64,000 nt of DNA from Solirubrobacterales bacterium (GTDB taxonomy: Bacteria; Actinomycetota; Thermoleophilia; Solirubrobacterales; 70-9). Each line of letters opens with the position of its first letter. The stretch's first letter is position 1. Positions 43,461 to 50,488 of the stretch are shown one piece after another. The position numbers and the translations under genes were made by a program. The notes under the pieces were generated by a model. That model worked only from the letters and a program-made list of their open reading frames with translations. It did no database searches and had not been told where the DNA came from. The stretch covers positions 339 through 64,338 of the forward strand of contig JBBQBH010000010.1 of the NCBI GenBank assembly GCA_038317345.1, given 5' to 3'.

Positions 43461-44231
43461 CTACTGCTCGATGTCGAAGCTGAACGTGGAAGTGCCGAGG
43501 GTGACTTCGTCGCCGGGACGCAAGCGGGAGGAGGACACCTGACGCCCGTTGATCTTGACGCCGTTGGTGGAGCCGAGATCGGCGATATGCCAGTCGCCTG
43601 TCTCGGCCCGGCGCAGCTCCGCGTGGTGGCGCGAGACGTTGGGGTCCCGGAGCACGCAATCGCTGTCCTTGGAGCGCCCGATCACCGCCTTCGGCCCGTC
43701 GAGCACGTAACGACGATCGCCGATCGAGACGATCGCTCGGGTCGCGACCAGGGCGGCCTCTGGCCGCTTGCTCGGCTTCGCCTTCTCCCGCTCGCGCACC
43801 GCCGAGTAGACCATCGTGTGGCCCTCTTCGCCCTGGCTGGGAGCCTCGCCCTCGTGCGAAGCCGGCTTGACGAGCCGGGTCTGGATGCCGAACTCGCCGA
43901 GCCGTAGCCGCTCGTCGGTCTGAAAGTCGACCGCCGGCCTCGTCAGCAGGTCATAGCTGCGCCGCCGGGCATGCTCGAGGAGGTAGCCGGACAGCTCCTG
44001 TTCGAGCGAGCGCTCATAGCCCTCCAGCTTCGAGCGGTCCTGCTTGGAGAGGTAGACGGTGTACTCGTTCGGCACGTAGATCCGCGAAACCGAGGCGGTC
44101 TTGTGGGCATCCATTTCCTTGGCCAGCTTGCGGGCGAGCTCGACAGGCTGCACCTCGGAGGAAAACGCGCGGCTGAATACGCCCTCGACGAGGCCTTCGA
44201 TCCGTGCTTCGAGGTTGCGCAGGACGCTGAT
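43461..44231 (-). CDS. fhaA: FHA-domain protein FhaA (DUF3662-type N-domain plus C-terminal FHA)
   Basis: N-domain LRNLEARIEGLVEGVFSRAFSSEVQPVELARKLAKEM and a C-terminal FHA domain (VIGRSKDSDCVLRDPNVSRHHAEL...DLGSTNGVKING). The start is inferred at ATC 44231, 7 nt after AAGGAG, because no canonical start lies nearby. Confidence 0.8.
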   Translation of the reverse strand: MSVLRNLEARIEGLVEGVFSRAFSSEVQPVELARKLAKEMDAHKTASVSRIYVPNEYTVYLSKQDRSKLEGYERSLEQELSGYLLEHARRRSYDLLTRPAVDFQTDERLRLGEFGIQTRLVKPASHEGEAPSQGEEGHTMVYSAVREREKAKPSKRPEAALVATRAIVSIGDRRYVLDGPKAVIGRSKDSDCVLRDPNVSRHHAELRRAETGDWHIADLGSTNGVKINGRQVSSSRLRPGDEVTLGTSTFSFDIEQ

Positions 44232-44292
44232 GGCGGGGCTCCTTGGCAGGGGTGGGCGCAGTCCGCGGCGCGAGGACGCCGCGCCCGAAATC

Positions 44293-45984
44293 CTACGAAA
44301 GTGTCGCTTCTCGACTGGCTTCCCGTAGCGGTGCCGGATCGGGTCCGAGCGATATCCCCCGTGGCTCCGCCGCGCCCCTGGCGCGCCAGACGACCACCGT
44401 GGCGACGACCGCGAGCACGGCCGCGGCCAACACCCCGGGCGACGGACCGACGCTGCCGGCCTGCAACCGCAGGGCCGCAACCAGCGCCGCGACCCACACA
44501 AGGGCGCCCAGAAGGTCGAGGGCGGGATTGCGCCCACGCACGACCAGGCCGAGTGCCAGCGCACCCAGCGACCACAGCGCGAGACCGAATATGAAGGTGG
44601 GATCGACCGCTAGCGGAAGCAGCAGATCGCGCGCGGCCTGCCCGGCCGACTGCTGCCATCCCGCGGGCGCGACGTGCTGCGGACCAAAGAGGAGCTTGCG
44701 GTCAAGGACGGACTCGGCGATCGCCACCCAGGCGTAGCCCGCAGCGCCCAGCACAAGGCGGTCGCGAGCCCGCCCCGCCAGTCCGGCGAGCGCCGGGTAG
44801 ATCGGTGCGGCACCCGCCAAGCCGAGTAACGGCGACGCGGCGGGCAAGGTCAGGGCGCGGCCGCCTGCGCCGAGCAGCAGAACCGGCGGCAGAGTCAGCA
44901 CCCCGACCACGAGTGCCGCGCCGGGGCGACCCGCGGGCCCCGCCAACCAGGCGACCAGCCCAGCGGCGCCCAGCAGGTAACCGAGTCGAGACCACAGAAA
45001 GGTCAGCAGTCCGGCGGCAATCGGGAGCAGGTAGGCCCAGGCCGGGCCGCTGTTCGGGGTGAAGATCATCGCCGCACCGGTCAGCGCCGCGACCGCTCCG
45101 GCCGAGGCCAGCTCCGCCGGGCCGCCGCCGGCCAGCGCCCCCATCGCGGTGGCCAGAGATGGGCGTCGACGCCGGGGCCGTGGCACGCTGCGGCCAGCCT
45201 CGAGGTCGGGCAGCGTGTCCTCGACCGCCGCGGCGAGCTCCTCGAGCGGGGGGCGCAGCTCCGGGTCGGCCTCCAGGCAGGCGTCGATCGCATCGCAAAG
45301 CTCAGTCGGGAGGTCGGGGCGCATCTCGGCAAGCGGCGACACCGGCTCGCCGATCGCCCGCGCCGTGGCCGCCGGCGTCGAGCGGGCATTGGGGTTCTCG
45401 CCGCTCCATGCTTCGTAGAGGGTGAGCGCAAGCGAGTAGACGTCGGCCGGCGGGCCGGCGTCATCCCCCTCGGCCTGCTCCGGCGCCATGTAGGCGAGCG
45501 TGCCGACTATGTCGCCGGTGGCGGTGATCCCAGCTCCATCGAGGACGCGGGCGATCCCGAAGTCCATCAGCTTGGCGCGTCGATCGTCGGCGGCGAGCAG
45601 GACGTTCTGCGGCTTGATGTCGCGGTGCACGACGCCGCGCGAGTGGGCGTGCTCCAGCGCGTCGCTGAGATCGGCGGCGGCCTCCCCGACGTCGCGGTCC
45701 GAGAGCAGCCCCTGACGTTGCATCTCAGTCAGCGTCGCGCCGTCGATCAGCTCACTGACCAGATAGGCGCTGCGGCCGTCCTCTCCAAGCTCGTAGAGGG
45801 TGAGGACGCTGGGGTGGTTGAGGCGAGCGACGGCCTGCGCCTCGCGCATCACCCGCTCCACTGGCTGACCGCCCAGGTCGATCACCTTGACCGCCACGTC
45901 GCGCTCAAGGCGCTCGTCCCATGCCCGATAGACCGTGCCGAACCCGCCGCTTCCCAACCGCTCGCGGACCTTGAAACGGCTCAT
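44293..45984 (-). CDS. Ser/Thr protein kinase fused to a polytopic (~8-9 TM) C-terminal membrane domain
   Basis: Hanks motifs GSGGFGTVYRA, VAVK, HRDIKPQN, DFG and APEQ, then ~300 aa of Gly/Ala/Leu-rich TM helices. The start is set at MSRFKV (45984); upstream in-frame ATGs exist. Confidence 0.8.
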   Translation of the reverse strand: MSRFKVRERLGSGGFGTVYRAWDERLERDVAVKVIDLGGQPVERVMREAQAVARLNHPSVLTLYELGEDGRSAYLVSELIDGATLTEMQRQGLLSDRDVGEAAADLSDALEHAHSRGVVHRDIKPQNVLLAADDRRAKLMDFGIARVLDGAGITATGDIVGTLAYMAPEQAEGDDAGPPADVYSLALTLYEAWSGENPNARSTPAATARAIGEPVSPLAEMRPDLPTELCDAIDACLEADPELRPPLEELAAAVEDTLPDLEAGRSVPRPRRRRPSLATAMGALAGGGPAELASAGAVAALTGAAMIFTPNSGPAWAYLLPIAAGLLTFLWSRLGYLLGAAGLVAWLAGPAGRPGAALVVGVLTLPPVLLLGAGGRALTLPAASPLLGLAGAAPIYPALAGLAGRARDRLVLGAAGYAWVAIAESVLDRKLLFGPQHVAPAGWQQSAGQAARDLLLPLAVDPTFIFGLALWSLGALALGLVVRGRNPALDLLGALVWVAALVAALRLQAGSVGPSPGVLAAAVLAVVATVVVWRARGAAEPRGISLGPDPAPLREASREATLS

Positions 45985-46162
45985 GATCACTGTGCCCACC
46001 ACCGCTTCTTTGCCTTCGGGACGCGCCGCCTCAATCCTTGTCGGAGGGCTCGCATTCCCCATCGGAAAGCCAATAGCGCAACGTTTCCTGCGCACCGGCT
46101 GCCCGGGGCGGCATACTCTCCGCGAGGCGAACCCGACCTGGCGACCCTGGGAGACTCACGCC

Positions 46163-47236
46163 TTGGAGTTCTTCGACGAGGATCCTCCAGCCCCGACCGC
46201 AACACCCACAGCACCGAGGCCCCCGCGCAACCGCGGCGGGCGACGGTTGCCGCGGTCGCCGCGCCAGCAGATCATGCTGCGCCGCGCGATCGCTGCCGGT
46301 GCCGGGTTGCTGGTGCTGGTGCTGCTTGTCCTCGGCGTCAAGGGCTGCCTCAACGCCCGCCATGACCGAGCGCTGAGGGATTACGGCAAGAACGTCGCCG
46401 ACATCGTCCAGCAGAGCAACCAGACCAGCACTTCGCTGTTCAAGCAGCTCGAGAACGCCGGGTCGCTGAGCGTCACCGAGTACACCAACAACATCGCCTC
46501 CTACCGCAGCGAGCTCGACAGCCTTCTGCAGCGGACCGACCGGTTGAGCGTTCCGGGGGACATGAGCTCGGCGCAGAAGGCCTTCCAGCTGACGATGCAG
46601 CTGCGCCGCAATGCGCTGACCAACATCGCCAACTCGATCTCCACCGCACTCGGAAGCGAGGGTCGCACCCAGGCGATCAAGAAGATCACCTTCCAGATGA
46701 AGGCGATGCTGGCCAGCGACGTGCTCTACCGCCAGATCGCCAAGCCGGACATGGAGACGGCGCTGAGCGACAACGGCATCGACGACGTGCCGATCCCCGA
46801 GAGCAAGTTCCTGCCCGACGACAGCTGGCTGGACTCGACCAAGGTCGAATCGGCGCTGGCCCAGGTGAGCGGAACGGCGTCGGCCACCCCCGGTATCCAC
46901 GGGCTGGGCTTGATTCAGACGAGCGCCAACGGACAGGTCGTTCAGGACGGCGTCCCGGCGACCGTGACGGCTGGCGGCAAGCCGGAGCTCGAGGTACAGG
47001 TCCAAAACCAGGGCGACCAAACGGAGACCGGGGTCACGGTTTCGGTGACCGTCAACGGCGGTCAGCCGATCGAGCAGCAGATCTCCTCGATCGGGCCCGG
47101 CGAGACGCAGACGGTCAAGATCCCGCTTACCCCGGTGCCCAAGGGGCAGGCGACGCTTGACGTCGAGGTGAAGCCGGTCCCCGGGGAGCAGGTCTCATCC
47201 AACAACAAGGCCTCCTACACAGTCACCTTCCAGTAA
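46163..47236 (+). CDS. Membrane-anchored protein with C-terminal CARDB-like Ig domain
   Basis: A TM helix (AAGAGLLVLVLLVLGV), a helical region, then PELEVQVQNQGDQTETGVTVSVTVNG...IGPGETQTVKIPL...VSSNNKASYTV, typical of CARDB. The TTG at 46163 lies behind GGGAGA; an ATG alternative lies ~110 nt downstream. Confidence 0.65.
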   Translation: MEFFDEDPPAPTATPTAPRPPRNRGGRRLPRSPRQQIMLRRAIAAGAGLLVLVLLVLGVKGCLNARHDRALRDYGKNVADIVQQSNQTSTSLFKQLENAGSLSVTEYTNNIASYRSELDSLLQRTDRLSVPGDMSSAQKAFQLTMQLRRNALTNIANSISTALGSEGRTQAIKKITFQMKAMLASDVLYRQIAKPDMETALSDNGIDDVPIPESKFLPDDSWLDSTKVESALAQVSGTASATPGIHGLGLIQTSANGQVVQDGVPATVTAGGKPELEVQVQNQGDQTETGVTVSVTVNGGQPIEQQISSIGPGETQTVKIPLTPVPKGQATLDVEVKPVPGEQVSSNNKASYTVTFQ

Positions 47237-47273
47237 GGCCGCTGCAAACTGTCGCATTTCGGCCTCCTCGGTC

Positions 47274-47293
47274 AACCGAACTGCTCGGTTTTC
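47274..47293 (+). terminator. Intrinsic terminator after the CARDB-domain gene
   Basis: AACCGA-ACTGC-TCGGTTTT: a 6-bp stem followed by a T-run. Confidence 0.45.
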
Positions 47294-47326
47294 GCGGCCC
47301 AAGGCGCCTAACTATCCTTCGCCGCC

Positions 47327-47824
47327 GTGAGCTCTGACACGGCAGGAATGATCGCCATCGCGGCCGGCGCGCTTGCATTAGTGGCGCTCGGGGTCTGCGC
47401 ACTGCTGGCCAGGCGGTTGCGGCGCATCCGCACCTCCCAGCAGCTGATCGCAGGTGAGGACGGTGAGCGCACTCTTGCCGAGCACGCCGGTCAGCTCGAC
47501 CAACGCCTGGCCGAGCTTGGACGCCAGGTGAAGGACTCGGTCGGCAGGCTGGAGGGGCGCGACGCGGAGCTCGACCTGCGCCTGCAGGGGGCGATTACCC
47601 AGTGCGCCATGGTCCGTTACGACGCGATGGGAGAGATGACCGGGCGGCAATCGAGCTCGGTGGCCCTGCTCGACTCCCACGGCACCGGGGTCGTGCTGTC
47701 CTCGATCCTGCATCGCGAGCAGGCCCGCCTGTACGCGAAGCCGATCACCGCGGGCCGCTCGGAGTTCGACCTCTCTCCGGAGGAAAGCCAGGCGCTCGAA
47801 ACCGCGATGCGCCCCGGCACGTGA
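47327..47824 (+). CDS. DUF4446-family protein
   Basis: An N-terminal TM helix, a coiled region, and the conserved block VRYDAMGEMTGRQSSSVALLDSHGTGVVLSSILHREQARLYAKPI...LSPEE, as I recall for DUF4446. Confidence 0.7.
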   Translation: MSSDTAGMIAIAAGALALVALGVCALLARRLRRIRTSQQLIAGEDGERTLAEHAGQLDQRLAELGRQVKDSVGRLEGRDAELDLRLQGAITQCAMVRYDAMGEMTGRQSSSVALLDSHGTGVVLSSILHREQARLYAKPITAGRSEFDLSPEESQALETAMRPGT

Positions 47825-48660
47825 GCACCCGGATCGCCTATCTCGGCCCAGCCGGCACGTTCACCGAGGACGCGCTGCGCAATGCGACCGCCGCCACCGA
47901 CTTCGAGCCTCTGCCGGCTGCAACGATCCACGACGCGATCGTCGCGGTCGAGAATGGCGAGGCGGACCGGGCACTGGTGCCATTCGAGAACTCGATCGAG
48001 GGCTCAGTACGGCCGACCCTCGACACGCTTGCGCTCGAGGCCGAGGGGGTGGCGATCGTCGGCGAGTTCGATTATCCGGTCCGGGTCAGCCTGATCGCAC
48101 GAAATGAGCTTCCCCTGGAGCAGATCACCGCGGTGCTCTCCCATCCGCAGGCCAGCGCCCAGTGCGCGCGCTTCATCCGCGAGCAGCTCCCGGACGCCGA
48201 GGTGCGGGCAACGGCCAGCACGGCGGACGCGGTCCGCACGGTCAGCAAGACCGAGCAACCCTGGGCGGCGCTCGGCGCACATGCCGCCGCCGACCTATAC
48301 GGGTGCATCGAACTGCGCGCCGGGGTCGAGGACTCCCCCGACAACGTCACCCGTTTCGTGTGGATCGCACCACTCGGCACCGAGCCCGAGGGTGAGGGTT
48401 CGTGGAAGACGTCGCTGGTCTTCTCCGAGCTCGGCGAGGATCATTCGGGCGCCCTCGTCGATGCCCTGCTCGAGTTCTCGCGGCGACAGATCAACCTGAC
48501 GCGAATCGAGTCCCGGCCGCTGCGTCAGGGCCTTGGCCGCTACATGTTCTTCATCGATCTCGACGGCCGGGCTTCGGAGTCGCCCATCTCCGAAGCGATC
48601 GAGGGGCTGCGAGGCAAAGCCGAGTCGGTCCGCTTACTGGGCTCATACCCAGCAGGCTGA
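47821..48660 (+). CDS. pheA: Prephenate dehydratase (PDT plus ACT domain)
   Basis: The GTG start overlaps the upstream stop (GTGA). Blocks RIAYLGPAGTFTEDA and VPFENSIEGSV are present, with the ACT-domain ESRP motif in INLTRIESRPLRQGLGRYMFFID. Confidence 0.88.
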   Translation: MSTRIAYLGPAGTFTEDALRNATAATDFEPLPAATIHDAIVAVENGEADRALVPFENSIEGSVRPTLDTLALEAEGVAIVGEFDYPVRVSLIARNELPLEQITAVLSHPQASAQCARFIREQLPDAEVRATASTADAVRTVSKTEQPWAALGAHAAADLYGCIELRAGVEDSPDNVTRFVWIAPLGTEPEGEGSWKTSLVFSELGEDHSGALVDALLEFSRRQINLTRIESRPLRQGLGRYMFFIDLDGRASESPISEAIEGLRGKAESVRLLGSYPAG

Positions 48661-48691
48661 CGAGCGCCACCCTCTAGAATCCGGCGCCATC

Positions 48692-49312
48692 ATGGCTAGA
48701 CATCGCGCCTCGGCCGCCGACGGACGGGCCAATGGGGGTCCGTCACAGAACGGCGCGAGCGCGAACGGCCATCCCACCACCAACGGCTATCGCAAGAGCT
48801 TCCCCGGCCACGGCCGCGTCTTGGTACTGAACGCCAGCTTCGAGCCGATCAACGTATGCACGGTTCGACGCGCCGCCGTACTTGTGCTGAAGGACAAGGC
48901 GGTGATGCTGGAGCGGGCCGAGCGCCCGCTCCGTTCGGAGCGGCTCAGCCTCGATCGGCCGGCGGTGATCCGGCTGATCTCGTTCGTACGGATCCCACGC
49001 GACGCCCACGGCCGCAAGATCACCCGCAAGGCGGTGCTGGCCCGCGACTCCTGGACCTGTCAGTACTGCGGCACGCGCAAACCGGGCCTCACGGTCGACC
49101 ATGTGATCCCGCGCAGTCGCGGCGGCAAATCGGTGTGGGAGAACATCGTCGCCTCGTGTGCGACCTGCAACCGGCGCAAGGGCAGCCACCTACCGCGGGA
49201 GATCAAGATGCACCCCCGCACAAAGCCGAGGGCGCCGGGGCCAACCGTGTTCATCCGCATCGCCAGCCCGACGATCCCGCACGCCTGGCAGCCGTACCTC
49301 GTCCCCGCTTAG
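48692..49312 (+). CDS. HNH endonuclease-family protein
   Basis: HNH core CQYCG...LTVDHVIPRSRGGKSVWENIVASCATCNRRKG preceded by the conserved VLVLNASFEPIN N-domain. The start is set at MARHRAS. Confidence 0.8.
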   Translation: MARHRASAADGRANGGPSQNGASANGHPTTNGYRKSFPGHGRVLVLNASFEPINVCTVRRAAVLVLKDKAVMLERAERPLRSERLSLDRPAVIRLISFVRIPRDAHGRKITRKAVLARDSWTCQYCGTRKPGLTVDHVIPRSRGGKSVWENIVASCATCNRRKGSHLPREIKMHPRTKPRAPGPTVFIRIASPTIPHAWQPYLVPA

Positions 49313-49563
49313 CGGGCGCCGGCATGCGAAGGGCCGCCCCGTTAGAGGCGGCCCTATCGCAAAGGTGCGGGAAGAAGCGGATCGGAGATTCGCGGTCGAG
49401 CGGGACGTGCTCCCAACCTCTCTTCACCGTCGGTGCCCGGGGTGGATTCCGCCGGGCGCCCCACACAGGTCGCCTAGCGGCCCAGCACCTCCAGCGTCCC
49501 AAAAAGCATGTGACTCAAGTTAGGACCACCTCCTTTCTCCGGTATACCAATTCAATCAGGTGG

Positions 49564-49602
49564 CTCAGTCGGGCGTCTCAGTCGGGCGTCTCAGTCGGGC
49601 GT
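49564..49602. repeat. Three tandem copies of a 13-bp unit (CTCAGTCGGGCGT) at the SDR gene stop codon
   Basis: Exact copies at 49564-49576, 49577-49589 and 49590-49602. On the minus strand each unit reads GACGCCCGACTGA, and the first TGA met is the SDR stop. Confidence 0.9.
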
Positions 49603-50466
49603 CCGCGGGGCCGCCCGCTCTTCGGCCAACGTCTGAGGAGCGCGTCTTTTCTCTTGCGCGAAACGCTCGGCGAACTCTCGAAAGCGCCGCGTACGTCCGA
49701 GTTTCGCCGCCGTACGGGGCGCGAGGACGCTCAGAAGGATCAGCGGCCGCGCGCCCGGCTGCACGATCACCTCGGCCCGCTTGCGGCGGATGGCGGTGAC
49801 GACCGCCTCTCCGACGGCCTCCGGCGGCACGGTGCGGACCACTCCCGGCGGCTGGCCGACCCGAGCCTGGATGCGGCCGAACATCCCGGCCCGAGAGACG
49901 AACCCGGGACAGATTGCAGAGAAGCCCACCGGGTCCTCGCCGTATTCGGCGCGAAGGCAGGCGGTGAAGCCGACCACGCCGTGTTTGGACGCGGAGTAGG
50001 TCGCGAGATAGGGAAATGAGGTCTTCCCCGCGAGCGAGGCGATGTTGACCACGTGACCGTGGCCGCGTTCGAACATGCCCGGCATGGCGGACCGTGTGAG
50101 CAGCATCAGCGCCAGCAGGTTGACACGGGTCAGCCCCTCGATCTCGTCGCCCGTTCGCTCGAGGAACGGCCCACTGAACTCGAGGCCGGCGTTGTTGACG
50201 AGGATGTCGATTGGGCCCATTGCGTCCTCGGCGCGGGCGATCAGACCCTCCGCCTCGTCGCGCTCCATGAGGTCGGCGGGAACCGACTCGACTTCGACGC
50301 CAACGCCAACGCCCCGAAGCTCGGCGATCAGCTCGTCAAGCGGTACCCCCGGGAGATCGGAGAGCACCAGGTTGACGCCCTCGGCTGCCAAGGCTCGGGC
50401 GATGTACCCCCCGAGCCCTCCGGCGGCCCCGGTGATCAGCGCGTTGCGGCCGCGCAACTGCTCCAC
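49591..50466 (-). CDS. Short-chain dehydrogenase/reductase (SDR)
   Basis: TGxxxGxG cofactor motif (ALITGAAGGLGGYIA), NNAG, and the catalytic YSASKHGV (YxxxK). Confidence 0.85.
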   Translation of the reverse strand: MEQLRGRNALITGAAGGLGGYIARALAAEGVNLVLSDLPGVPLDELIAELRGVGVGVEVESVPADLMERDEAEGLIARAEDAMGPIDILVNNAGLEFSGPFLERTGDEIEGLTRVNLLALMLLTRSAMPGMFERGHGHVVNIASLAGKTSFPYLATYSASKHGVVGFTACLRAEYGEDPVGFSAICPGFVSRAGMFGRIQARVGQPPGVVRTVPPEAVGEAVVTAIRRKRAEVIVQPGARPLILLSVLAPRTAAKLGRTRRFREFAERFAQEKRRAPQTLAEERAAPRTPD

Positions 50467-50488
50467 GCGGCCAGCCTATAGCCGTGCG

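Noticed and set aside
49526-49538. CCACCTCCTTTCT, identical to the 3' terminal motif of 16S rRNA
   Set aside because: No other rRNA-like sequence flanks it, so it is not an rRNA gene fragment. It is treated as the complement of an extended Shine-Dalgarno (see finding).
49564-49602. Tandem 13-bp repeats considered as a possible CRISPR or minisatellite array
   Set aside because: The units are contiguous with no spacers and are far shorter than CRISPR repeats. No cas genes are present in the window.
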